From Nemertoderma westbladi (lineage: Eukaryota > Animalia > Xenacoelomorpha): DNA of 41,899 nucleotides. A program made the position numbers and the translations under genes. The notes under the pieces are model-generated. The model searched no databases. It saw only the letters and a program-made list of their open reading frames with translations, and was not told the DNA's origin. The stretch spans positions 1 to 41,899 of the forward strand of contig JAUCBJ010000573.1 of assembly GCA_032718475.1 (NCBI GenBank), given 5' to 3'. Below are positions 1 to 10,806 of this stretch, one piece after another (position 1 is the stretch's first letter; every line of letters begins with the position of its first letter).

Positions 1-1074
1 TTTATAGTTGGCGAAGACGATAAATGCAATCAATATTAGGCAACTAAATAAATTAAAGATTAATTATTATTACAAGCAATCACATAAATAATAACAAACA
101 TACAATTTAGTTTGGTAATATTAGACGTAGAGTCTTATTCAAATGAAATAACCAATAAAACAGTTTGTTCGCAGACGGAATTATAAAGTGACTAAGGGAA
201 AATAGCATGACAACAGGCGGAAATAAAATTTCAACAGATTTCAATCAGCGTAAACTAATAATTTCCTACAAATTACCCCGAAACGCACTCAAATATTCCG
301 ACCTCACTAAACTACGTCCAGCAACCACTTCAATATTATAAATTCTAAAAAATTTATCATTAAAAATCCATCGATGGCCTTTAAAAGAAATCGAAAATCA
401 CCATATATTAATAGGCACACCGCCACCAATCGCATTTACAAAAGCCTAGAATATATGGAATAGTAGGCCTATTTCCCCGTGGAAGGTCTACCTTAAAATG
501 AAAGTAAGTCACGTACGTTCTCTTGTAATTGAGTCACGTGTTACAATAATAATATAATAAAAGGCGCTAAAAAATTATAAGAATAATAATAAGTATATAA
601 ATGAAAAAAAGCAGCCAATATTTAGTTGTATATCTATCGTCCTTCAAAATATAATAAATAAAGTCAACATTCGGTTTACCAAAAAACGCTTTTTGAAAAG
701 CCGTCACACAATCCACAATTTATTATAAAAACATCCCACCTAGATAAATCTACCTTCATTGTAATAATATTACAGCAAACAACCCAAACCCATCAACTGT
801 ACCAAAGCCGACCTCTCGCTTAGTGGAACCTTCTTCATATGAAAAAAAAAGATAACAATTAAAGCAAAGTAGTCATGACTACAAAAGGGCAATTATTAAA
901 AAAAAACTATATTTTTTTTGGGTGGGGGGAGGGGGGTGGGGGGTGCGGCGTGAAATACGCCGTGTAATAAAGTAAACACAATGATGGGCTATGGGGTGCT
1001 ATATATCACGGCGTATTCTTTCAGTATTGTGGTAAGGACACGTTAAGGTAGACCTAACAGTAAGTCATTAATCA
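1..1074. repeat. ~1.05-kb direct repeat, copy 1 (may extend left of the window)
   Basis: Colinear with 2413-3429 from TTTA(T/A)AGTTGGCGAAGACGATAAATG to AACAGTAAGTCATTAATCA, with scattered substitutions and small indels; no ORF. Confidence 0.9.
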
Positions 1075-1134
1075 GACAGACGGCCTGACGCTGACGGCTA
1101 AAAATTACCTACAGTACCTAACTCACTTGAAACT

Positions 1135-1467
1135 TTGAAACGATGGCTCAATAAGTGGACTGGCTCTGCCGCAAGTAAAGCTCCATCCAATGCCTTGGAC
1201 GCCTTGGAAAGTTGCAATCAAAAAATGTATCCAAACGTCTACATTCTTTTAACTATAATGGCTACATTCCCTGTGACTACAGCCACAGCTGAACGAACCT
1301 TTAGTACTTTGAGAAGACTCAAGACGTATCTGAGGTCAACCATGGGAGAAGACCGCTTGACTGCTTTGGCACTTCTGGCCGTTCATCGGAAACGAGAAAT
1401 TGATAGCAAAAAACTAATCCAATCGTTTGCTGCATGCCACAGTAGAAGAATGGATTTCGTCCTATAA
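1135..1467 (+). pseudogene. hAT-family transposase C-terminal dimerisation-domain fragment
   Basis: YPNVYILLTIMATFPVTTATAERTFSTLRRLKTYLRSTMGEDRLTALALLAVH matches the hAT dimerisation motif (PVT..aERsFS.L.RlKtyLRsTM..eRL..LAll.iH); the rest of the transposase is absent. Confidence 0.9.
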
Positions 1468-1584
1468 TGAGGTTGATTTGTTTGAATATTGTATACCTAA
1501 TGAATGTTAGTTTGTTAGTGAATAATTTAGTTGAATGTTAGTTGAATTATTCAATAACTTTTTTAATTTTCCCGCTTCCACTTG

Positions 1585-1624
1585 AGCCCCCCCCCCCCCT
1601 TAACCAAATTCTGTCTGCGCCGTG
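1585..1624 (+). mobile_element. Probable right terminus (TIR) of the hAT element
   Basis: C-tract followed by AAATTCTGTCTGCGCCGTG (reverse complement CACGGCGCAGACAGAATTT), resembling the CAGTGGCG-type ends common in animal hAT elements; no matching left TIR found. Confidence 0.4.
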
Positions 1625-2412
1625 GCTGCAGATAATTGGTAATGACAGATGAGAGGACACGAGGGTGTAAATTGCAGCAGATGGGGGGTGTTGTAATCAA
1701 AATTCCGCCCTTTCCAGGGAAAAAGACATAAATAACAGCTGACTACTCCCAACAATAAAATTGTAACCTGTTCTATCGACTTTTTTAATTTATTTTGGTT
1801 AGAATAACATGCCACTGTAACCTGATCATTTCCCTTTATTGATAATTTAACATTTAGACGGGATATTAACTCGCCGATTATACGCACCCAGCCACATTAG
1901 TTTATAGACGTTGGTCGGATCGATGGTGTTCCACACACCGCGGTTGGTGTTAGTTGTAACATGGTGAACCCTTTCTGTACTACACTACTACAGGGACTAC
2001 AATAATGTCTTTATGTAATTAAGTGATATAAATAATGCCCCACTCCTACCTCTCCTTCATAATTGTCAAGATATCTTTAATGGCATCGCATGAAATTTGA
2101 AACATAAACCGAAAGATAATTTTCTATCTCGTTGTTTTTTAAGTTGAGTCAGAACATTATTTTTGTTTTGAATCTTTTGCGTTTGAAAAAGTCTATAAAC
2201 ATTGCACCACAGAAATGACAACCTAAAAACTGCTTGACGAGAAAATTCAATTTAAGTAAATTCAACTCGGCTTTATATAATTTATTTTGTAATAACATAA
2301 ACATGAGGAAATTAATAATAGTATTAAAATCGATTTAATTAACATAGACGAAGCCAAATAAGATGGAATTATAAATTTACATTAATTTCTGACGAGATTA
2401 ATACTAAATAAA

Positions 2413-3429
2413 TTTAAAGTTGGCGAAGACGATAAATGTAATCAATATTATAGGCAACTAAATAAATTAAAGATTAATTAATATTACAAGCAATCACATA
2501 TATAATAACAAGCATACAATTTAGTTTGGTAATATTAGACGTAGAGTCTTATTCAAATGAAATAACCAATATAACAGTTTGTTCACAGACGGAATTATAA
2601 CGTGACAATAAGGGGAAATAGCATGACAACATAACAGGCGGAAATACAATTTCAACATATTTCAATCTACGTAAACTAACAATTTCCTACAAATTACCCC
2701 GAGACGCACTCAAATATTCCGACCTCACTAAACTACGTCCAGCAACCACTTCAATATTATAAATTCTAAAAAATTAATCATTAAAAATCCATCGATGGCC
2801 TCTAAAAGAAATCGAAAATCACCATATATTAATAGGCGCACCGCCACCAATCGCATTTACAAAAGCCTAGAATATATGAAATAGTAGAGGCCTCTTTCCC
2901 CGTGGAAGGTCTACCTTAAAATGAAAGTAAGTCACGTACGTTCTCTTGTAATTGAGTCACGTGTTACAATAATATAATAAAAGGCGCTAAAAAATTATAA
3001 GAATAATCAAAATATAATAAATAAAGTCAACATTCGGTTTACCAAAAAACGCTTTTTGAAAAGCCGTCACACAATCCACAATTAATTATAATAACATCCC
3101 ACCTAGATAAATCTACCTTCATTGTAATATTACAGCAAACAACCCAAACCCATCAACTGTACCAATGCCGACCTCTCGCTTAGTTGAACCTTCTTCATAT
3201 GAAAAAAAAAGATAACAATTAAAGCAAAATAGTCATGACTACAAAAGGGCAACTCAAAAACAATCACTATATTTTTTTTGGGGGGGGGGGGGGGGGGGGG
3301 GGGCGTGAAATACGCCGTGTAATAAAGTTAACACAAGGATGGGCTATGGGGTGCTATACATCACGGCGTACTCTTTCAGTATTGTGGTAAGGACACGATA
3401 AGGTAAACATAACAGTAAGTCATTAATCA
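2413..3429. repeat. ~1.02-kb direct repeat, copy 2
   Basis: Near-identical to 1-1074; lacks a ~60-bp block present at about 590-645 in copy 1 and has a longer G-tract. Confidence 0.9.
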
Positions 3430-5539
3430 CAGATGCAGACCGTACTGTTGTACCGGTAAGGTGTCATACATTCTGTCGTTACCGATACTACAGGCCTACT
3501 TACAGGCTTTAGGCTGCAGACAGCACAAGCTACATAGGACGTTACAGACGCCATACGGTACGGTACTGGTCCCGGTATAATATGAGATTATTAATTAATA
3601 AAACTTCGAAACATGAAAATAAAAAGACATATTCAATTTAAATAAGGCACGTCTGCATTTCACTTTCAGGTTCTCGTTTCATATTTCACTCACTCGCTTC
3701 GCTCTTTCGTGGAAACATTCCCTCTCGAAAATACAGACCTACTTTATTAAAATCTAATTTATAGTTAATATACCGTAAACAAAACCTGTTGATATACATC
3801 AGGATGAGGTAGAGACGCGGTACAGTTCGAATGAATTAAAGCGAATAAAGTCCAAAACCAGGTGGTATAAACTGCACAGGAACGGGACGGCAGAGAAACA
3901 TGTAACATAATTGTAACATGTAATGTAACATACGACTTACATGCCAAATCGGCTGCGGACGGTCTCATACGATACAGTTTTTGTTGCTTCAGGATACAGA
4001 AACTCACACGAGCAACTTCTGGAACGAATCGTGTTTTAGCTACATGTTTCTCAAACAAATTCCGCAACAAAAGTTGTTCATGCGCGTCGCCAGCTGGGAA
4101 GTCAGCCTTAGTTATTATTATTATACTAAATATTAATTATTATACTTAAATAAAAAATGGAGCTCATATTAATTAATAGCAAAATCCTGTGCCAACAAAA
4201 TCAATATTATTGATCTAAATCGAGTCGAATGCTGATGTTTTTAAAATATATCTAATACCAAAACTTCAGATCATATATGTAACATAGTAAAACCAGTTAA
4301 TTATATAAGGACACCTATAGACACTCACTCAAATACATGACGATAATTTAGTTGATCGAAAATAAAAACTCAAAACTTCTCAGTATAAGAGGATATAGAA
4401 TGTGACGAGGTCAGCTTAATTAAAAAAAACTCAATCAAAAGCTAATTAATATACATAACTTATGACCTCTTTAGTATAATTCGTCATGATATAACCAAAA
4501 ACAACTATAGAAAATAAGTTAACATTTATCATGCTACTTTGAGTCAATTGATTGTGAGTTTTACAACGCAACCAATAGAGTTGACGGTGGCCTCGCAACG
4601 ATATACCGCGATTTACAATTCTGTATTCCAACATTTAAAAATTAGTAACAAATGTATAAATATAAAAGAGAGAGAGAGTTTTCGACAATTAATAGGGATC
4701 AGTCGCATTCAATGTTATCGGATTCAACATATCGATCTGGGAGTTTAGTTTATTCCTGTGGAAAGGGATGACGTCACATCTAGGTAACACCTTTCATCGT
4801 CTGAAAAAAGTAAATTAGTGAAATAATATTATAACACTAGATGTAATATAGAGTTAACACTTAAACTGGTCAGCGTCTTGGTAGAAACACAAGTTTGTGT
4901 TTTATGTGAATGTACGCGAACTGGTGGGAATACATCGATTGACGTTCTCCGAGTTGGTAAGAACACAAATATGTGTTTGCCTGAGCGGCTATCCACTTGG
5001 TGCTGACGCTTTTTTGTGTTTTAGACATATTTTACGTATTCCTATAATACTAACTACTTAATGAATCCAGGCCATGGGTTTATCGCTTATTTAATTGCTT
5101 ATTTACATTGTATATTTAATACACCGCGTCACCCACCCCACAACAATTCACTTATTATTATTAATTAACAGCCTGGGCCAGGCATACGGGGTTACAGTAG
5201 TTTCTACAACACTGTATAATAGTTATTCTTTGAGGGGTCAGAGTAAAACGCGGATCCGGATCAGGATCCGGATTCTATCATTTAACATTGTCCCTATGGA
5301 AGTCGACTGAATTTACATTTTTAGGGTGTAATCTGCGGATCCGTGCACTGCTAAATTTACCGAATCCGTAACCGAGTGTAAAACGCGGATTGGCTTTTTT
5401 TTTCGATCCGGAACGGAGTGTAAAACGCGGATTCATGTTGTAGGCTAAATCCTGAATGGAGTGTAAAACGCGGATTCATATTTCTACTGAATCCGGGATT
5501 GGGTGTAAAATACGGATTCAGGTTTATTACAAAATGTTA

Positions 5540-7300
5540 TTGGATCCGGGAAGGGGTGTAAAACACGGATTCAATTTATTTACCAAGTGTTACTGGATCC
5601 GGGAAGGGGTGTAAAACACGGATTCAAGTTTATTACCAAGTTTTATTGGATCCGGGACGGGGTGTAAAACGCGGATTCAAGTTTATTACCAAGTTTTATT
5701 GGATCCGGGACGGGGTGTAAAACGCGGATTCAAGTTTATTACCAAGTTTTATTGGATCCGGGACGGGGTGTAAAACACGGATTCAAGTTTATTACCAAGT
5801 TTTATTGGATCCGGGACGGGGTGTAAAACGCGGATTCAAGTTTATTACCAAGTTTTATTGGATCCGGGACGGGGTGTAAAACTCGGATTCAAGTTTATTA
5901 CCAAAGTGTTTCTGGATCCGGGACGGGGTGTAAAACGCGGACTCAAGTTTATTACCAAGTTTTATTGGATCCAGGGAGGGGTGTAAAACGCGGATTCAAG
6001 TTTATAACCAAAGTGTTACTGGATCCGGGGAGGGGTGTAAAACGCGGATTCGGGTTAATTACAAAGTGTTTCTGGATCCGGGACGGGGTGTAAAACGCGG
6101 ATTCAAGTTTATTACCAAGTTTTATTGGATCCGGGACGGGGTGTAAAACGCGGATTCAAGTTTATTACCAAGTTTTATTGGATCCGGGACGGGGTGTAAA
6201 ACGCGGATTCAAGTTTATTACCAAGATTTATTGGATCCGGGACGGGGTGTAAAACACGGATTCAAGTTTATTACCAAGTTTTATTGGATCCGGGACGGGG
6301 TGTAAAACGCGGATTCAAGTTTATTACCAAGTTTTATTGGATCCGGGACGGGGTGTAAAACACGGATTCAAGTTTATTACCAAGTTTTATTGGATCCGGG
6401 ACGGGGTGTAAAACGCGGATTCAAGTTTATTACCAAGTTTTATTGGATCCGGGACGGGGTGTAAAACTCGGATTCAAGTTTATTACCAAAGTGTTTCTGG
6501 ATCCGGGACGGGGTGTAAAACGCGGACTCAAGTTTATTACCAAGTTTTATTGGATCCAGGGAGGGGTGTAAAACGCGGATTCAAGTTTATAACCAAAGTG
6601 TTACTGGATCCGGGGAGGGGTGTAAAACGCGGATTCGGGTTAATTACAAAGTGTTTCTGGATCCGGGACGGGGTGTAAAACGCGGATTCAAGTTTATTAC
6701 CAAGTTTTATTGGATCCGGGACGGGGTGTAAAACGCGGATTCAAGTTTATTACCAAGTTTTATTGGATCCGGGACGGGGTGTAAAACGCGGATTCAAGTT
6801 TATTACCAAGATTTATTGGATCCGGGACGGGGTGTAAAACGCGGATTCAAGTTTATTACCAAGTTTTATTGGATCCGGGACGGGGTGTAAAACGCGGATT
6901 CAAGTTTATTACCAAGTTTTATTGGATCCGGGACGGGGTGTAAAACTCGGATTCTAGTTTATTACCAAAGTGTTTCTGGATCCGGGACGGGGTGTAAAAC
7001 GCGGACTCAAGTTTATTACCAAGTTTTATTGGATCCAGGGAGGGGTGTAAAACGCGGATTCAAGTTTATAACCAAAGTGTTACTGGATCCGGGGAGGGGT
7101 GTAAAACGCGGATTCAAGTTTATTACCAAGTTTTATTGGATCCGGGACGGGGTGTAAAACGCGGATTCAAGTTTATTACCAAAGTGTTACTGGATCCGGG
7201 GAGGGGTGTAAAACGCGGATTCGGGTTAATTACAAAGTGTTTCTGGATCCGGACGGGGTGTAAAACGCGGATTCAAGTTAATTAGTAAGTTTTAATGAAC
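5540..7300 (+). repeat. 53-bp tandem array (~33 copies) in the left arm of the foldback element
   Basis: Unit GGATCCGGGACGGGGTGTAAAACGCGGATTCAAGTTTATTACCAAGTTTTATT (period 53, e.g. 5648 to 5701); a variant block recurs at ~5881, ~6466 and ~6945. Confidence 0.95.
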
Positions 7301-7539
7301 ATTTTGTAAAACGCATATGCAATGAAGGCCCAGACCCTCATATAGTTACAATTATTAATTAGTACAATGTTTATTGTTCTTTAGTAACTTTTCTTTCTTT
7401 AATAACCAGGGATTAATACCAGGATAATTAATTTTATCATAGACTACTATGCAAACGTAGGCAGTTTAACTTAAAAACATAGAAAATCGTTTTAGACCGT
7501 ATTTCGGCTTTAAAAATGATAAGAAATTATACTGAACAG

Positions 7540-7760
7540 TTCAGCCTCCATAAATTGCGAAGGCAGCACGCTTGTAAGGCCGCTTGCAAGGCAAATAGAG
7601 TACGCTATGATGCAGTACAAACTACCGCCAGCTAGGCAGAACAGTGATTCTTGTTTGTAATGGAGGTTGGGATGGATAAGCCAATCAGGGAACAGGACAG
7701 TAATCCTACCATACAATTGTCTACAGAGCCGCTCTACCAGAGAGGTCACGTTCCCACGGT
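7540..7760 (+). pseudogene. Possible decayed non-LTR retrotransposon (CR1/L2-like) RT C-terminal fragment in the foldback spacer
   Basis: Reads LVRPLARQIEYA then RLGWISQSGNRTVILPYNCL with a stop; reminiscent of LVRPhLEYA...LgW..L..RR of LINE ORF2 C-termini. Confidence 0.3.
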
Positions 7761-7911
7761 AGTAGTTTTTCAGCTAATCAATATCTAATAATGTCTGACG
7801 GCCAAGCATCACCATCGCCCTTATTAATAATTCATTGGGAAGCATTGACCCCTATTAAGGTGTCCCCCAGAGCCGGATTAAGCTTATGTGTGGCCCCTAG
7901 GCATAGAACAA

Positions 7912-8165
7912 TAAAACTTGGTAATTAACGAAAATCCGTGTTTTACACCCCATTCCGGATCCAACAAAACTTAGTAATTAACGAAAATCCGTGTTTTACA
8001 CTCCATTCCGGATCCAACTAAACTTGATAATTAACGTAAATCCGTGTTTTACACCCCATTCCGGATCCAACAAAACTTAGTAATTAACGTAAATCCGTGT
8101 TTTACACTCCATTCCGGATCCATTAAAACTTGGTAATTAACGTAAATCCGTATTTTACACTCCAT
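7912..8165 (-). repeat. Inverted 53-bp tandem array (~4-5 copies) in the right arm of the foldback element
   Basis: Unit AATCCGTGTTTTACACCCCATTCCGGATCCAACAAAACTTAGTAATTAACGAA (7933 to 7986), a diverged reverse complement of the left-arm unit. Confidence 0.9.
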
Positions 8166-8464
8166 TCCGGATTCAGAAAATATATGAATCCGCGTTTTAC
8201 ACTGCAATACGGATTGCGTATTTGAGAATCCGCATATTACACTCAGTTACGGATTGTATGTAAATCCGGATCCGCCTTTTACACTCGCAAATCCGGGTCC
8301 TGATCCGTATCCGGATCCTGAATCCGGATCCGCGTTTTACACCTACCCTTCTTTGAGGCATGGTTGCCATTTCTGGCAGAGCACGGGAATAACGAAAGTT
8401 GTACTTTACTTTGAGTGATTGTATGGCCTTAATATGATCTTCCACTCCAAAGCGAAAGATTCAT

Positions 8465-8552
8465 CCGGTCTGGTAGCTCAGAACACTAACCGGCTGATGA
8501 TAACCAGAAGTTTGAAACCTAGGTACCGGGTTCGAGCCCCAATAGTGCCGGT
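8465..8552 (+). mobile_element. tRNA-derived SINE head or tRNA pseudogene
   Basis: A-box-like TAGCTCAG (8474) and B-box GGGTTCGAGCCC (8528); no clean cloverleaf. Confidence 0.45.
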
Positions 8553-8619
8553 TGATATTTTTCGCTATGGAGAGCATAATCATATTGTCTTATTTATATT
8601 GTATATCTATGGGTTTATC

Positions 8620-8950
8620 ATTACCGCCATTCAATCGCTTGAATGTAGAGCTACACAATGGTAGTTGAATCATCTCGAATCGCCCACTATGGCAGACACA
8701 GTGGCGTGAGAAAGATTCTAAAATATAGAAAAGTTTAAGTGATGGCCGTATTTTAACATTATGTCGGACGGACAAAATATTACCACTACTAGATAGCCCT
8801 GCTTATGGGCTTTCTTCCGATGCCTCATATCCGCCAGTTTGGCATCCCCAACGCCCACACATAAGGTTTTCCCACAGGTATGCTTCACAGTATAACAATA
8901 ACTGAATCTCAAGATCTCTATTCCCACACACCATAAACTTATATAAATGG
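8620..8950 (+). pseudogene. Possible highly decayed LINE ORF2 C-terminus
   Basis: Broken-frame motifs IQSLECRATQW, LNHLESPTMAD and SRSLFPHTINLY resemble vQrrAtr / L..L.wptL / SFFPrti..WN of LINE ORF2 ends. Confidence 0.25.
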
Positions 8951-9921
8951 TTCTTCGTTACTTCGTTTTAATATCATCGGATTGCTAGACCCACTGTGGA
9001 AGAAAATAACTATATTTTACTCTTTTAACTACCATCTTTATTTGGATGGATATTTTTTATGACGTGGAAAACTTTTCTACTCCGGTATTCATTGGATTTA
9101 TGTTATCAAATTGGAGAAACTTATTTATTAATGAATTTATTATTTTAATTTTTTTATTATTATTATTTACTATTTTAATTTATTATTAATTATTTATTTA
9201 TAGTTCTTATTTATTATATTAAGAAAAATAGCCGTTACTCCTGTCTCGTTTATTAATTTTTCGCAACTTGCTCATGAATTATGGAGTTTAAATAAAATGG
9301 ATACTTTTATTCCTAAGCCTAAGTTAATAAATAGTTACTTTTAAATTTCAGTGTGTGTCTACCATGTGCTTCAGATGTAATGTGCCACTATTGTGTCCTC
9401 GATTGCGACTATCATACGAAAAAAGTTTATGGGACAGATGATAGCCACATTAACTCTGACTCTGATTAACTGTTTATCTAACTGATTAAAACTGTTTCTC
9501 GAACTGTCTGTCTTAAATGTTTAACTGTTTATCTTGTATTTAATGTATAATAAATCAATACAAATAAAAAAAACAATTTTCTCCTTATTTAAAGAGAAAG
9601 ATTTTTGTACATGAACATCTAAATAATCCAATCCAAAGAAAAACGCTGACCAAGTGGGATAAAACTCATACAGAATATCTCACCAAGTCAGACAATTCTT
9701 ACTAAAACACAGATTTGTGTTCGTACCAACTCGAAACGTAGTTTCTAAAATGGTTAGACCAGCTCGTGACATAAAAGTGTAAACACATATTTGTGTTTTT
9801 ACCAAGTCAATACAACAACGAAATATATACATGACCAAGTCAACATTGTATTCTGAAAACACAAATATGTGTTTCTACAAGTTTACCCTTAAACTGGTGA
9901 GGTTTTTCTAAAACGCCATCT

Positions 9922-10275
9922 TACGGTGGCTGATTTAGGCCAATTTGATTTTTTTTTCTCGATTTGCAAATCAGTTTAATAGCAATTAAAAATAGCCAAT
10001 CACAACTTCAGAATAGCTTGAAATCTTTTTTAGGATTTGCAAATCGGTTTTTAGTAAATACGAGTGACCGATAGCTTGAAATCTTTTTTAGGATTTGCAA
10101 ATCGGTTTTTAGCAAATATTAGTGAAGAATAGCTTGAAATCTTTTTTAGAATTTGCAAATCGATTTTTAGTAAATATGAGTGACGAATAGCTTGAAATCT
10201 TTTTAAGCCAATCAAATAACTCCAGGTTGCCTCATGCTGTGGTGGTAGCTTAAGCGCACTGGAGAGAAATTCAAA
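9922..10275 (+). repeat. Left TIR with 58-bp internal subrepeats
   Basis: Reverse complement of 14779-15125; ATAGCTTGAAATC recurs at 10013, 10071, 10129 and 10187; palindrome (G)ATTTGCAAATC in the units. Confidence 0.93.
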
Positions 10276-10806
10276 GTTGTTAATGATCCGCCAGTCATGC
10301 CTGCTGGTTTGAGTCATTATCATATCAATTGTTGTAAGTCTCAGTACTGCAGTAACCTACTGGCAGACTGGCTAACCGGTACACAATACAGCAGTCCAGT
10401 ACCACATTAGTATACTAATACTGCAATACTGTGCTGTAAGTAGTCATATACCGGTACATACATTAAGTGTTGTGATAGAGCTCTAGGCTGCTAGGCTAGA
10501 TGATGTCTTGTCTGCTTGTTGTACCGTAGTGCAGTTAAATGCAGTTGTGGTCCTAAATAATTCATAATGTATTTGTATTTTAGTGGGACGGTTGTGGAGA
10601 GGAGGGGGGGGGGGGGGGGGGGGGGTAATCATTTTTGTAGTGTTAGGCCTACATGTTAAGCCATAAGCTGTATGCCTATTACAATCTGACAGTTAGGCTA
10701 TCTACAATGTTTTAGCCTGCTGAGGTTGAGTTACTACGTGCTATATTGAATTCCAGTATTCATTATAATAACTACATGATAATAACTATATGAACCTTGC
10801 ATCAGT

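Larger units (their letters stand above)
5235..8348. mobile_element. Foldback-type non-autonomous DNA transposon with 9-bp TSD
   Basis: TSD TTCTTTGAG at 5226-5234 and 8349-8357. Ends GGGTCAGAGTAAAACGCGGATCCGGAT and rc GGGTAGGTGTAAAACGCGGATCCGGAT. Both arms are built from GTGTAAAACGCGGAT subrepeats in opposite orientation. Confidence 0.88.
4868..9887. mobile_element. Putative non-autonomous TIR element (Mutator/foldback-like) hosting a nested element
   Basis: CTTAAACT(GGT) is duplicated at 4860 and 9888. Imperfect inverted ends GGTCAGCGTCTTGGTAGAAACAC and rc GGTAAACTTGTAGAAACAC. Repeated inverted subterminal motif (CGAGTTGGTAAGAACACAAATATGTGTTT at ~4950; rc CGAGTTGGTACGAACACAAATCTGTGTTT at ~9705-9733). 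Confidence 0.6.

Noticed and set aside
1-3429. LTR pair of a retroelement
   Set aside because: No PBS/PPT or TG...CA ends recognised; the interior is a hAT remnant rather than gag/pol.
5540-7300. CRISPR-like array
   Set aside because: Units are contiguous with no unique spacers, there are no cas genes, the context is eukaryotic, and the array lies inside a TIR element.
8465-8552. Functional tRNA gene (also 31520-31598)
   Set aside because: A and B boxes are present but acceptor and anticodon stems cannot be folded convincingly; treated as SINE-like.
10604-10625. Poly-G tracts (also ~920, 3280, 36060, 38064) as functional G-quadruplex signals
   Set aside because: Common throughout the window and variable in length between repeat copies; no specific evidence of function.
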